Source: Syntrophomonadaceae bacterium (GTDB lineage: Bacteria; Bacillota; Dethiobacteria; DTU022; UBA8154). From it: 64,000 nucleotides of DNA. This document shows, piece after piece, positions 23,529 to 33,393 of this stretch; position 1 is the stretch's first letter; each line of letters starts with the position of its first letter. The translations under genes were made by a program, and so were the position numbers. Under the pieces are notes generated by a model that worked only from the letters and a program-made list of their open reading frames with translations, made no database searches and was not told the origin of the DNA. The stretch is taken from the NCBI GenBank assembly GCA_003563895.1, contig PWTK01000112.1, forward strand, positions 158-64,157, in the 5' to 3' direction.

Positions 23529-24826
23529 CGAAAAAAGAGCTCTACCTGGAATGCTCCGCCGGGGCCGCAGGGAACATGATCGCGGCCGCCCTCCTCGACT
23601 GCGGCCTTTCCCTGGAAAGCTGGAAAAAGCGGCTCCAGCAACTGCCGCTGGGCGGCTATGAGCTCCTGGCCCACAGGGTCGACAAGCAGGGCATCAGCTC
23701 CCTGCAGGTCAAATTCAAAGCCGAAAAGAACCAGCCGGAGCGCCGCCTCCCTGAAATCGAAGGGATCATTCGAAACGCCCCCCTCTCTTCCTTCGTCCGC
23801 GAAAAAAGCATTTCCGCCTTTCGGCTGCTGGCCCGGGCCGAAGCGAGGGTCCACGGAGTAGCTGTGGACCAGGTGCATTTTCACGAATTAGGCGCCGTGG
23901 ACGCCATACTGGATATTGTGGGCAGCCTTTTAGCCCTGGAAATGCTGGAGATCGACCGCACCAGCGCTTCGGCGCTGCCGCTGGGTAAGGGGTGGGTAGA
24001 TACAAGCCACGGCCGCCTTCCCCTACCTGCGCCCGCTACAGCGGAAATCCTGAAGGAATGTTCCATCCCCTGCTACGGCATCCCGGTAGAGGGAGAAACG
24101 GTCACCCCCACAGGGGCAGCCCTGCTGGGCACCATTAGCCTGGATTTTATCAATTTCCCGCCGCTGCGCATCGAAGCCATTGGCTGCGGTGCGGGAGAAA
24201 GGGAACACGAATATCCAAACATTCTGCGGGCCTTCCTGGGAACTTCCCTGTCGCCCGGCTGGCCCGCTTCAGGAGGGAAGGGGTGGGAATGGAGGGAGAC
24301 GGAGAGAGAAGGGACCGGAGAAAACGGTTCGACAGGGTCCGAGAGGACCGGCAGCCCGGGAACAGGCCGACTCACGGCAGAACCGCTGACAATACTGGAG
24401 GCCAACATCGATGATCTCAACCCGGAGATCTACGAACACGTGATGGAGCAACTTTTCAATGAAGGTGCGCTGGATGCCTACCTCACCCCCATACAAATGA
24501 AAAAAAACAGGCCGGCCATCAAGATCACCGTCCTGTCGCATCCCCATGATGCTCATCGGCTGGGGCAGGTGCTGCTCCGGGAAACTACCACCCTGGGCTA
24601 CAGGAGATACTATGCCGAAAAAAACATGCTTCCCCGCACGCGCTTCACCGTGGAAACGCCCTGGGGACCGGTTTACGTCAAGGCCGGGGGGGAACCGCCT
24701 CACTATGAAAACATCGCCCCCGAATACGGGGACTGCCTCAAGATCGCCCGGGAGCAGGGAGTGCCCCTGAAAAAAATATACCAGACCGTATGGAAAATAC
24801 TGGGCGGCATGGCCAGCAGCGGCTGA
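23525..24826 (+). CDS. larC: LarC (nickel insertion protein for the pincer cofactor), single-ORF form
   Basis: 433 aa, N-terminus [17 protein letters not shown] overlap with larB. Low-complexity Gly/Glu/Thr linker at about residues 240-285. Confidence 0.9.
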   Translation: MTKKELYLECSAGAAGNMIAAALLDCGLSLESWKKRLQQLPLGGYELLAHRVDKQGISSLQVKFKAEKNQPERRLPEIEGIIRNAPLSSFVREKSISAFRLLARAEARVHGVAVDQVHFHELGAVDAILDIVGSLLALEMLEIDRTSASALPLGKGWVDTSHGRLPLPAPATAEILKECSIPCYGIPVEGETVTPTGAALLGTISLDFINFPPLRIEAIGCGAGEREHEYPNILRAFLGTSLSPGWPASGGKGWEWRETEREGTGENGSTGSERTGSPGTGRLTAEPLTILEANIDDLNPEIYEHVMEQLFNEGALDAYLTPIQMKKNRPAIKITVLSHPHDAHRLGQVLLRETTTLGYRRYYAEKNMLPRTRFTVETPWGPVYVKAGGEPPHYENIAPEYGDCLKIAREQGVPLKKIYQTVWKILGGMASSG

Positions 24827-24956
24827 GTGCGGGCTGAAACAAACGCCGCACCGGCAAATGAGGTGGTATTTCTCCGGCGTTTTTACATCGCCCGGCCGGC
24901 CTGAAGCGAAAAGGCACCAGCCCTGCCCGCCGGGAATGGGTGCAGACGGAAGCGTC

Positions 24957-25751
24957 CTAATCCTTTTCCTCCAGGGACGAGTTCAGATCCAGGGTAACGT
25001 AGGTAAAACCCCGCTTTTGCAGGGCAATAGCAATTTCCTGGCGTTTTTCGACGGCTTTCTCCAGCATATGGCTCTCCGTTTCCAGGCGGGCAATCTCTCC
25101 GTGAAAACGCACCTTTAGTTTTTCGAAACCCAGGGAGCGCAGGTATTCCTCCGAGTGTTCGACCTGTTCCAGCTTGGGGAGGGTAAGGGGCTCGCCGTAA
25201 GGGAAGCGGGTTGCCAGGCAGGGCGCAGCGGGCTTCTTCCAGGTCGGTAGGCCTTCCTTCCGGGAAAGGGCGCGGATCTCCTTTTTCCTCAGGCCGACTT
25301 CCTGCAGGGGAGAGCGCACATTGTATTCAAGCGCCGCCTTCATCCCCGGGCGCATCCTCTCCTCGTCATCCCGGTTGCTGCCGTCAAGCACCAGCTGCAA
25401 ACCCTCTTCCCGGGCCAGCCTGCTGAAACGGCCGTAAAGCATCTGCCGGCAGAGGTAGCACCGATGAGGGGGGTTCGCCCTGAATTCCGCGTTCTCCAGC
25501 TCTTTGCTCTCCAGCAGCCGATGCTCCGCCCCCAGCTGCCGGGCATACTCTTTGGCCTGCTCGATCTCCTTCAGGGGATGGAGCGGGGAGATTGCCGTTA
25601 CCGCCAAAACCCTTCCCTGCACCGCCCCTAACGCCTTGGCCAGCAGGTACGTGCTGTCCACTCCGCCGGAAAAAGCCACCAAAACGTCTTTCATCTGCCC
25701 CAATATGCTTATTAACTGCTTTTCTTTTTCCTGCGCTGCATTTACGTCCAT
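24957..25751 (-). CDS. larE: LarE (ATP-dependent sacrificial sulfur transferase, PP-loop ATPase)
   Basis: PP-loop AFSGGVDS and Cys loop PCLATRFPYG. ATG at 25751 after AAGGAAGGGA; the ORF track starts at 25841. Confidence 0.9.
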   Translation of the reverse strand: MDVNAAQEKEKQLISILGQMKDVLVAFSGGVDSTYLLAKALGAVQGRVLAVTAISPLHPLKEIEQAKEYARQLGAEHRLLESKELENAEFRANPPHRCYLCRQMLYGRFSRLAREEGLQLVLDGSNRDDEERMRPGMKAALEYNVRSPLQEVGLRKKEIRALSRKEGLPTWKKPAAPCLATRFPYGEPLTLPKLEQVEHSEEYLRSLGFEKLKVRFHGEIARLETESHMLEKAVEKRQEIAIALQKRGFTYVTLDLNSSLEEKD

Positions 25752-25861
25752 CTCTGGGAAACTCCCTTCCTTAAGACTGAATATTTTGAATGTGTGCTGA
25801 GAAAAAGCGGCCAAACCCGGGGGACCGTCCGCGGCCGGCACTCCACATGATGCCCCGGCGA

Positions 25862-26359
25862 TTAGTGCGGGTCATCTCCGCCTTCTTCTCCGCTTTCCGG
25901 TCGTGCATTTGCTCCGCCGGGCCACTTCTTCTCCAAAGCCTGGCAGCGGCTGCAGTACCCGTAAAAATGCAGGTTGTGGTTGATGATGTGAAACCGGTAT
26001 TGCTGCTCGATGGTTTCTTCCAGCTGGTGCAGCAGGTCCTCTTCCACTTCGAAAATCTCGTAACAATGCACGCACACCAGGTGATGATGGTGATGGTCTT
26101 CCAGGCCCACTCCCCGCTGGATCTCGTAACGGTTTCGCCCGTCCCCAAAGTGCATCTTGTGCAGCAACCCCAGTTCTTCCAGCAGATCCAGGGTGCGGTA
26201 AATGGTTGCCAGGCCGATTTCCGCCCCCTTTTCCCTGCTGAACTGAAATACTTCCTCGGCGCTCAGGTGTTTTTCCCTGTGCTCCAGGAAAATTTGCAAT
26301 ATCATTTTTCGCTGTGGGGTAAGGCGGTGCTCTTTAAAGTGCCTTTCGATTTCCCGCAT
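25862..26359 (-). CDS. Fur-family metalloregulator
   Basis: HTH region (GLATIYRTLDLLEELGL), HHHHH, and C-x2-C pairs (CVHC, CSRC). ATG at 26359. Confidence 0.85.
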   Translation of the reverse strand: MREIERHFKEHRLTPQRKMILQIFLEHREKHLSAEEVFQFSREKGAEIGLATIYRTLDLLEELGLLHKMHFGDGRNRYEIQRGVGLEDHHHHHLVCVHCYEIFEVEEDLLHQLEETIEQQYRFHIINHNLHFYGYCSRCQALEKKWPGGANARPESGEEGGDDPH

Positions 26360-26412
26360 TTTTCTTTCCACAGAACAACCCCCTTGTTGGGCAACACATC
26401 CATCAGAGGGCC

Positions 26413-28017
26413 TCAATGCTCACCCAGGACAATCTGGGCCAGGTTAGTCGCGTGGTCGGCAATCCTTTCCAGATTGCTCAGTATATCCAGGTAAATGACT
26501 CCGGCAGCGGGTAAGCATTCGCCCCTGGTCACCCGGTCGATGTGGTTGTTGCGCAGCTGCCTTTCCATACTGTCCACCACATCGTCTTCCAGCACGACTT
26601 TCCGGGCCAGCTCCTCGTTTTCTTCGATAAAGGCCTTGATGGCCTTTTCCATCATTTCGTCCACCTTTTCGTAGAGGGAGTAGACCTCCCTTTTCGCGGT
26701 ATCCGTAATATTCAATTTCTCATCCAGGGCCATCTCCGCCAGCTCCAGCACGTTCTGTGAGTGGTCCCCTATACGCTCCAGGTCGTTGGCCGCGCTCATC
26801 AAACCTGAAACCACCGCGGTCTGCTGGCGGGTCAGGGAGTGCTGGGATAGTTCCTGCAAAAAGAGATAGATCTCCGTCTCCAGGCCGTCGATGAGCTCTT
26901 CTTTTTGCATCACCTGGTTGATCTTTTTGCGGTCATTTTTGTGAAAGACGTCTATGGCCTCGCCCACCATTTCCTTGGCCACGGTGGCCATACGCGCCAT
27001 CTCCTGCCGGGCAGCCTTAATCCCGGCTTCCGGAGCCTTGAGGATCCTCTTGTCCAGGTACTTGGGGCCGAGTTCGACCGCCACTTCTTCCCCGGGGACC
27101 AGGATTTCTACCAGGCGCACGAAAAGCTTGAAAAAGGGGAAAAACACCAGCGTGTTCAGCACGTTGAAAAAGGTATGAGCGTTCGCCGTCTGCCGGGCAA
27201 CGGTGTAACCGGTATCGACGACCAAATCGGTAAAAGGGCCCAGAAAGATCAGGATCACTCCGACCCCGAGCAGGTTGAACAGGATATGGGCAGCGGCGGC
27301 CCGCCTGGCCGACAGGGAAGTCCCCAGCCCGGCGATAATTACGGTGATGCAGGTGCCGACATTTGTGCCCAGGATGAGCGGAATGGCCGCTTCCAGGGTT
27401 ACCAGTTCCTGCAGCGTCAGCGCAATGATGATCCCGGTTACCCCACTGCTGCTTTGAATGGCGGCAGTAAAAAGGGAGGAAAACAAAATCGCCAGCAGGG
27501 GATTCTCGGCGAACCGCACCAGCAGCTCCAAAAACATTGGGCTTTCCCGCAGGGGGTGCATCGCCTCGGACATGGTCATCAAGCCCAAAAAAAGCAGTCC
27601 AAACCCCAGAATTGCCTGTCCCAGGTAACGGTAAAGCTTGCGCCGGCCGAAAAAATTTAACAGTCCGCCCACGCCGATGGCGGGGAGGGCCAGGAAGTCC
27701 AGCTCAAAAGAGATGACCTGGGCTGTGATGGTGGTCCCGATGTTGGCGCCCATGATGGCACCGACCGCCTGAGAGAGATTCATCAGGCCGGCGTTAACAA
27801 AACCCACCAGCATCACGGTGGTGGTGCTGCTGCTCTGCACCAGGACCGTCACTACGATACCCGTCAGCACCCCGATCGCCGGCTTGGTGGTTAAAATCTC
27901 CAGGATACGCCTGAGTCTGTCCCCCGCCACTTTCTGCATACCTGAAGCCATCATTTGGAGGCCGAAGAGAAAAAGCCCCAACCCCCCCAGCATCCCAATG
28001 ACGACAAAAATGTCCAT
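26413..28017 (-). CDS. Na+/phosphate cotransporter family protein with C-terminal PhoU-like domain
   Basis: 534 aa. NptA-type repeats (QSSSTTTVM, QSSSGVTGI) plus two PhoU repeats. Confidence 0.9.
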   Translation of the reverse strand: MDIFVVIGMLGGLGLFLFGLQMMASGMQKVAGDRLRRILEILTTKPAIGVLTGIVVTVLVQSSSTTTVMLVGFVNAGLMNLSQAVGAIMGANIGTTITAQVISFELDFLALPAIGVGGLLNFFGRRKLYRYLGQAILGFGLLFLGLMTMSEAMHPLRESPMFLELLVRFAENPLLAILFSSLFTAAIQSSSGVTGIIIALTLQELVTLEAAIPLILGTNVGTCITVIIAGLGTSLSARRAAAAHILFNLLGVGVILIFLGPFTDLVVDTGYTVARQTANAHTFFNVLNTLVFFPFFKLFVRLVEILVPGEEVAVELGPKYLDKRILKAPEAGIKAARQEMARMATVAKEMVGEAIDVFHKNDRKKINQVMQKEELIDGLETEIYLFLQELSQHSLTRQQTAVVSGLMSAANDLERIGDHSQNVLELAEMALDEKLNITDTAKREVYSLYEKVDEMMEKAIKAFIEENEELARKVVLEDDVVDSMERQLRNNHIDRVTRGECLPAAGVIYLDILSNLERIADHATNLAQIVLGEH

Positions 28018-28396
28018 TACTACATAGTCCTCCTGCGTTATATCTGATGAACCTAATGAGTAATTCTCTATTTATGAGGCATATCCTTTTTCAGAAACCC
28101 ACCCCGTGCGTATTCCCACAATAAAAGTTAGTGAATTATTTCACTATATGATGTAAACTTTTTTTTAGTTTAGCACATTTAACGCCCGATGAAAATAATG
28201 AAAAACGATGAAAAACGATAAACACAATACCGAATTTTACAAAGGGCTCGCCTGGCACTCCTTCCCAAGACATGTGGGCAGAACCTTCTGCAGCCATGGG
28301 CAAACCGCACGCACCCCAACCCGCTTAAGGAGAACCCCTGTTAATTGTCAAAGCTGGGGCTGAATCGCCGCATGATTGATGCGCAAAGTAAAAAAC

Positions 28397-28548
28397 CAGG
28401 CTATCAAAGATGCTCAGGATGACAATGAAAGAAATCCCGCAAAAAAAGTGGTTTAAAAGGTCACGCTTACAAAAAGGCCTTGATCTGCTAAAAAGCTGTA
28501 TTTGGGGGCCACTCAACAAGAATTCCCTGAGTTAAGTTGCCCGTCATG
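28397..28548 (+). repeat. Family-C interspersed repeat, copy C1 (about 150 bp)
   Basis: CAGGCTATC...CTCAGGATGACAATGAAAGAAATCCCGC...GGTCACGCTTACAAAAAGGCCTTGATCTGCTAAAAAGCTGTATTTGGG...CAACAAGAATTCCCTGAGTTAAG...TCATG. Aligns to 29615-29767, 41659-41810 and 62567-62851. Confidence 0.9.
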
Positions 28549-28556
28549 AGTAAAAA

Positions 28557-28585
28557 TTGGCCCCTAAACCCAGGTATGTTATAAT
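28557..28585 (+). promoter_or_regulatory. Sigma-A promoter for nikR (TTGGCC-17-TATAAT with TG extension)
   Basis: TTGGCC at 28557-28562, a 17-nt spacer, then TGTTATAAT at 28577-28585. This implies a leader of about 265 nt. Confidence 0.65.
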
Positions 28586-28646
28586 AATCTCAGGTTCAGC
28601 GAGAAATACTTTCAATTCCGGGCAGCGCGGGCAAACGCGCCGGCTG

Positions 28647-28684
28647 GTTTGCAACCAAGTGCTCTCTGACACAGATTAAGTGCT
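28647..28684 (+). repeat. Two exact 17-bp direct repeats (AAGTGCTCTCTGACACA) with 21-bp period in the nikR leader
   Basis: 28647-28663 and 28668-28684 are identical. Confidence 0.9.
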
Positions 28685-28854
28685 CTCTGACACAAATATC
28701 GTTGCGAATGGGAGCTGTTAGAAGCAATGATTTTCAGGCAAAAGGCGAGACTTTTCGTGGAAAAAACAAGTCACCGTAATGATGTTTTGAGCCCCAAAGC
28801 CCTTTTTACGGTCTTGGGAGACAGAAGACGGCCCAACCTGGAGGAGGACAGCGT

Positions 28855-29274
28855 ATGACAGACCTGGTGCGTTTTGGGGTGTCCATCGGGGAAAAATTGC
28901 TAGAAAGATTTGACAGTCACATCGTGCAAAAAAAAGGCTATGCCAACCGCTCGGAAGCAATACGAGACCTGATACGCAATCAACTCGTAGAGTCGGAGTG
29001 GGAAAGCGAAGAGGAGGTAGCCGGAACCATCACCCTTATTTACGACCATCACGTGCGCGGGTTAAGCGAAACCCTTCTGGAAACACAGCACGATTATCAC
29101 CACCTCATCCTTTCGAACATGCACCTGCACCTGGATCACCACAACTGCCTGGAGGTGCTGGCCGTTAAAGGGATTGCCAACGAAGTGCGGCCTCTCGCCG
29201 AACGCCTGATCAGCACAAAGGGCGTCAAGCACGGGCGGCTCACCATCACGTCCACAGGCAAACACCTGGGTTGA
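28855..29274 (+). CDS. nikR: Nickel-responsive regulator NikR
   Basis: 139 aa. Ribbon-helix-helix N-terminus (RFGVSIGEKLLERFD...GYANRSEAIRDLIR) and His-rich metal-binding domain (HDYHH, HLHLDHHNCLEV). Confidence 0.9.
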   Translation: MTDLVRFGVSIGEKLLERFDSHIVQKKGYANRSEAIRDLIRNQLVESEWESEEEVAGTITLIYDHHVRGLSETLLETQHDYHHLILSNMHLHLDHHNCLEVLAVKGIANEVRPLAERLISTKGVKHGRLTITSTGKHLG

Positions 29275-29367
29275 TGGAGAAATGCCGTAAACCGGCGGGT
29301 CTCTCAGGCGGAAGAGGGGGAACAGCGGCACCGCAGGGCGGAGGGTCCTGGATCGGTGGGGCTGAGG

Positions 29368-29400
29368 AAAAAAAACGGGGCAACTATGCTCCAATGCCCC
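29368..29400 (-). terminator. Rho-independent terminator (minus strand; possibly bidirectional)
   Basis: Minus strand reads GGGGCA-12 nt loop-UGCCCC-G-UUUUUUUU. It lies about 100 nt after the nikR stop and 570 nt after the prmC stop. Confidence 0.7.
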
Positions 29401-29614
29401 TTCGCACTTCTGAACATAATTATAGCTGCAAGCGTGGTCCACCGGAGATGACTAATATTAAATGAATACCAGGCACAATAATGATTGTCGTGCGATACAA
29501 CATGTCACTGGTTTTATGTTTTAGAGCAGTCAGCAGCAGCCTGCGGTCGAATCCCTGCACCAAACGGGGCCATATTGCCGGTCATCGTGTAAGCTCCGCT
29601 GCTTTTTGATTTTT

Positions 29615-29767
29615 CAGGCTATCGGGCTTGCTCAGGATGACAATGAAAGAAATCCCGCAAAAAAAGAGGTTTTAAAATGTCACACTTACAAAAAGGCCTT
29701 GATCTGCTAAAAAGCTGTATTTTAGGGCCACTCAACAAGAATTCCCTGAGTTAAGCTGATAATCATG
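29615..29767 (+). repeat. Family-C interspersed repeat, copy C2
   Basis: Closest relative of C1. They share CAGGCTATC, GAAATCCCGC and GGCCTTGATCTGCTAAAAAGCTG, where C3 and C4 differ. Confidence 0.9.
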
Positions 29768-29968
29768 TTGATTTTTTTGAAACCGCCACTTCGAAATCCA
29801 GCATCCAGCGCAACGGTCCAACAGAGCCCGGCTCCGGAAGCGGCGGACGGCAGGGAAAAGCAGGCCCGCTGTTCGCCCTTATTTTCATGGTCCCTTCAGG
29901 CCTTTCGGGTATGCCGCTGGGAAATCTCACGAATGCGTGACCTTGCTTTTCCAGGGCGCAGGCGGCCG

Positions 29969-30862
29969 TCAGCCCGCCGGCAGTGCCCGGTCCAGGGTGA
30001 ATAAAAGCACCCGTTCCGTGCCGGCATAATCCTTCTTAATGGCTACTTCCCATTCCGCCGGGATTTCCTTCGCCAGGGAGATGACAGGCACGGCTTGGCC
30101 CTGGCCGATTTCCAGGGCCAGCAGGCCGGGGACAAAAAGCCTGCCCTGGATGCCGGAAATAATCGTGCGGAAAGCGTCAAGGCCGTCTTCCCCGCCGTAG
30201 AGCGCACCGGGGGGTTCTTTCTTGACTTCCTGGGAAAGGTGGGCGAGCATCTCCAGGGAAATATAGGGGGGGTTTGAAATCACCGCATGGAAACGCTCCC
30301 GCACCGGTACGGCCTCCCAAAAGCTGCCGCCCAGCAGCCGCAGCCGTTCCGATACGCCGTGCTGCTCCGCATTCCTGGCGGCAAGGCGCAGGGCCTCCTT
30401 TTCCAGGTCTACCGCCGTCACTTCAGCCCCGGGAAGGTAGTAAGCCAGCGAAATGGCGATATTTCCGCAGCCCGTGCCCAGATCCAGCAGCCGCAGCCCT
30501 TCCCCGCGGGAAGAATCGGAGTAATGGTCTTCAACCCACTTGATGGTCCACTCCACCAGGTGCTCCGTTTCCGGCCGCGGGATCAGCACCCCCGGATGAA
30601 CAATAAAGGAAAGGCCCATGAATTCCTTCCGGCCGGTCACATATGCCAGTGGCTCCCCCTGTGCCCTTCTCTCCAAAAGGTTCCAGTACTGCTGGCGGCC
30701 CAACTCCGACAGCCGCTCCTCCCCCCGGCAATAGAGATATATCCTTTCCCGCTTCAGCAAAAAAGAAAGGAGAAGCTCCGCTTCACTGCGTGGATACTCC
30801 AGTCCGCAGCTGCGCAAAAAATAAGCAGCCTCACGCAGGGCCTGCTTGATGTTTATTTCCAT
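29969..30862 (-). CDS. prmC: Release-factor glutamine N5-methyltransferase
   Basis: 297 aa, SAM motif LDLGTGCG and NPPY (VISNPPYIS). Downstream of prfA. Confidence 0.92.
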   Translation of the reverse strand: MEINIKQALREAAYFLRSCGLEYPRSEAELLLSFLLKRERIYLYCRGEERLSELGRQQYWNLLERRAQGEPLAYVTGRKEFMGLSFIVHPGVLIPRPETEHLVEWTIKWVEDHYSDSSRGEGLRLLDLGTGCGNIAISLAYYLPGAEVTAVDLEKEALRLAARNAEQHGVSERLRLLGGSFWEAVPVRERFHAVISNPPYISLEMLAHLSQEVKKEPPGALYGGEDGLDAFRTIISGIQGRLFVPGLLALEIGQGQAVPVISLAKEIPAEWEVAIKKDYAGTERVLLFTLDRALPAG

Positions 30863-30941
30863 CGTCTACACCCGCACAGTTGATGGTTGCTTCTTCCGGG
30901 TTTTTCGGACGGGAGTTTCGACCCCCTTACTGCAGGCACCG

Positions 30942-32009
30942 CTACAGTGCTTCCTTAAGTTGCTCGGCCCTCTCATGGGCCGTTAAGGCTTCGATCAATT
31001 CCTCCAGCTCCCCTTCCAACACCCGGTCGAGCTTGTGCAGCGTCAGCCCGATGCGGTGGTCCGTCACCCGGTTCTGCGGATAATTGTAGGTGCGTATCCG
31101 CTCGCTGCGGTCCCCTGTACCCACCTGGCTGCGCCTCTTTTCCGCCTGTTCTTTTTCCTGCTCTGCAATGAGCCGGTCCAGAAGCCTGGCCCGCAGCACC
31201 CTCATCGCCTTCTCGCGGTTTTTGAGCTGGGATTTTTCGTCCTGGCAGGAGACGACCGTATTGGTCGGGTGGTGGGTGATGCGAACCGCAGAATGGGTGG
31301 TGTTCACGCTCTGACCGCCGGGGCCTGTAGCACAAAAGGTATCGACCCTCAGCTCCTGCGGGTTAATGGAGAGTTCCACTTCTTCGGCCTCGGGCAGCAC
31401 GGCGACCGTTGCCGTCGAGGTATGGATGCGCCCCCCGGACTCGGTGGTGGGAATGCGCTGCACGCGGTGAACCCCGCTTTCAAATTTTAACCGGCTGTAG
31501 GCGCCTCTGCCCTTGATGGAAAACACGATTTCTTTGACCCCGCCCATGTCGGTCGGGTGGGAATCCAGGATTTCTGTGATCCACTGCCTGTTTTCGCTGT
31601 AGCGCAGGTATATGCGCAGCAGGTTGGCGGCAAAAAGAGCCGCCTCTTCCCCGCCGGCGCCGGCCCTGATCTCCATGATCACGTCTTTTTCATCGTTTGG
31701 ATCCCGGGGTATCAGCAACCGTTTCAGCTGCTCCTCTATTTTTTCTTTTTGCTCCTGCAGCTCGGCGATCTCCTCCTGCAGGTACGCCTGCATCTCTTCA
31801 TCCTGCTTTTCCTTCAAGAGTTCCCCGGCGGCCTCAATATCCTGCGTTACCTTTTTCAACCGCCGGTATGTCTCGACCGTTTGTGAAAGGTCCGCATGCT
31901 CCATGGTGAGTTTCTTCCATTTTTCCTGGTCCTTCATCACTTCCGGATCGCTCAGCTTCTCTTCCAGGAGCTCGTAATGCTCTTCGATGGCTTTTAATTT
32001 ATCCCACAT
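30942..32009 (-). CDS. prfA: Peptide chain release factor 1
   Basis: 355 aa, GGQ motif ([10 protein letters not shown]) and RF1-type PTT tripeptide region ([14 protein letters not shown]). Confidence 0.98.
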   Translation of the reverse strand: MWDKLKAIEEHYELLEEKLSDPEVMKDQEKWKKLTMEHADLSQTVETYRRLKKVTQDIEAAGELLKEKQDEEMQAYLQEEIAELQEQKEKIEEQLKRLLIPRDPNDEKDVIMEIRAGAGGEEAALFAANLLRIYLRYSENRQWITEILDSHPTDMGGVKEIVFSIKGRGAYSRLKFESGVHRVQRIPTTESGGRIHTSTATVAVLPEAEEVELSINPQELRVDTFCATGPGGQSVNTTHSAVRITHHPTNTVVSCQDEKSQLKNREKAMRVLRARLLDRLIAEQEKEQAEKRRSQVGTGDRSERIRTYNYPQNRVTDHRIGLTLHKLDRVLEGELEELIEALTAHERAEQLKEAL

Positions 32010-32950
32010 TCCGCGACCTGTTCACCTCCTTCAACCGGCTCCTCCGCTGCACGGCTGTCGCCTGCGGGGGAATGTTCCTCCTCGGTCGGCAGAACCGCTT
32101 TCAGGGCCCTGAGGGCCACTTCCATCTGTTCATCGCCCGGCACCCGGGTGGTGAGCTTCTGCAGCCACAAGCCCGGCTGCGAAATGAGCCGCGTCAGGAA
32201 ATTGTCTTTAAGCCCTGCAAATCGGATGGCTTCGTAAGAAATGCCGGCCACCAGGGGCAGCAGTGAAAGCCGGAGCAGGATGCGCTGCCAGACCCCCGGC
32301 CAGCCAAAAAAGGAAAACAGCAGGATGCTGGTCACCATGACAATCAGCAGGAAACTGGTCCCGCACCGCCTGTGCTGGGTGCTGAAGCGGCGGGCATTCT
32401 CCACGGTCAGAGGAACACCGGACTCATAGCAGGCTATCGCCCGGTGTTCGGCCCCGTGATACTCGAAAACCCGGCTCACTTCCCCCCAGCGCGATATCAG
32501 GTAAACATAGCCCAAAAACAGCCCCAATCGGATGCCGCCTTCCCCCAAGTTTAATAAAAAGGGGGCTTCCACGTTCTGGCGGAGAAAATTCATGAGCACC
32601 GTGGGCAGCAGGATAAACAGCCCGATCCCGGCCGCCAGGGAAATAACCAGCGTCAGGGGCAGTTCCCACCCCTTCAGCTCTTCCTCTTCTTCCTCCAGCA
32701 CCTCCTCGGCGGAGGTGGAAAGCGACCGAAAACCCAGGATGAGGGCTTCTACAAAAGCCAGCATTCCCCGCAGCAGAGGCCATTTTAAAATGGGATAGCG
32801 CTCTCCCAGGGATTGGAAATCCTTCTGCCTGACCACGATGCTGCCTTCACCTTTATTCAAGGCGATGGCGACCGCAGAGCGGTTGCGCATCATCACCCCT
32901 TCGATCACGGCCTGCCCGCCCAAGTGGACGTTTGGATTGTTTTTCTTCAT
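31994..32950 (-). CDS. DUF1385 (YqhQ-like) membrane protein
   Basis: [14 protein letters not shown]-terminus and [13 protein letters not shown] motif. ATG at 32950; the ORF track starts at 32995. Confidence 0.8.
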   Translation of the reverse strand: MKKNNPNVHLGGQAVIEGVMMRNRSAVAIALNKGEGSIVVRQKDFQSLGERYPILKWPLLRGMLAFVEALILGFRSLSTSAEEVLEEEEEELKGWELPLTLVISLAAGIGLFILLPTVLMNFLRQNVEAPFLLNLGEGGIRLGLFLGYVYLISRWGEVSRVFEYHGAEHRAIACYESGVPLTVENARRFSTQHRRCGTSFLLIVMVTSILLFSFFGWPGVWQRILLRLSLLPLVAGISYEAIRFAGLKDNFLTRLISQPGLWLQKLTTRVPGDEQMEVALRALKAVLPTEEEHSPAGDSRAAEEPVEGGEQVAECGIN

Positions 32951-33009
32951 TTCGGACACCTGTCCCCGTTTTCGTGCGCTGCACAAGAGCAGCACCGATT
33001 TTCTCCTGG

Positions 33010-33038
33010 AAAAAAACAGGGCTTCGAGAAGCCCTGTT
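33010..33038 (-). terminator. Rho-independent terminator of rpmE
   Basis: Minus strand reads CAGGGCU-UCUCGA-AGCCCUG followed by UUUUUUU. Confidence 0.85.
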
Positions 33039-33060
33039 CGCAGTCGTTTAATCTTCCTGG

Positions 33061-33261
33061 CTATTCCCGGCCGTATTTGCGCTTGAATCTCTCGACACGC
33101 CCACCGCTGTCCACGAACTTCTGTTTACCGGTGAAAAAAGGATGGCAGTTGGAGCAAATCTCTACCTTCAATTCTTCCCTGGTGGATCCGGCTTCAAACG
33201 TGGTGCCGCAGGCACATCGAATAGTGGTTTTCACATACTCGGGGTGGATCTCCTTTTTCAT
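33061..33261 (-). CDS. rpmE: 50S ribosomal protein L31 (Zn-ribbon type A)
   Basis: 66 aa, MKKEIHPEY..., C-x-C ... C-x2-C. Confidence 0.97.
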   Translation of the reverse strand: MKKEIHPEYVKTTIRCACGTTFEAGSTREELKVEICSNCHPFFTGKQKFVDSGGRVERFKRKYGRE

Positions 33262-33393
33262 CTCGGGCTCACCTCTTTCCTTCCTTGCTGGTTCCCTTCA
33301 TCGGTTTAATGCACGATATATCATAACACAAAAGCAAGGGGCTTGGCAACACCAAATAGCGCGCGCAGAATGGGGGTCTATCCCGGCAACCCG

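Noticed and set aside
28175-28215. Reiterated ATGAAAAACG / TTTTCAT units upstream of the Na/Pi transporter gene as possible Pho boxes.
   Set aside because: The hexamers do not match the Bacillus PhoP TT(A/T/C)ACA consensus well, and the region is generally AT-rich promoter DNA. The idea is too weak to report as a site.
28410-28535. 41-codon ORF inside repeat C1 (MLRMTMKEIPQKKWFKRSRLQKGLDLLKSCIWGPLNKNSLS), which could be a repeat-encoded peptide.
   Set aside because: The frame is broken in C2 (stop after 16 codons) and C3 (TAG after 13 codons) by indels in the A-run. In C4 it runs into the nested insertion. It is not conserved as coding sequence.
28586-28854. NiCo-type or other metal riboswitch in the nikR leader (contains CCGGGCAGCGCGGGCAAACGCGCC).
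   Set aside because: I cannot reproduce the four-way-junction consensus from memory with confidence, and NikR genes are not known targets. I left it as an unverified leader; a cmscan would decide.
29541-29562. tRNA-like T-loop and 3' end (CUGCGGUCGAAUCCCUGCACCA), possibly a tRNA-derived att-site remnant next to repeat C2.
   Set aside because: The putative T-stem halves are not complementary and no acceptor, D or anticodon arms can be drawn. The resemblance is limited to GNUCGAAUCC...CCA.
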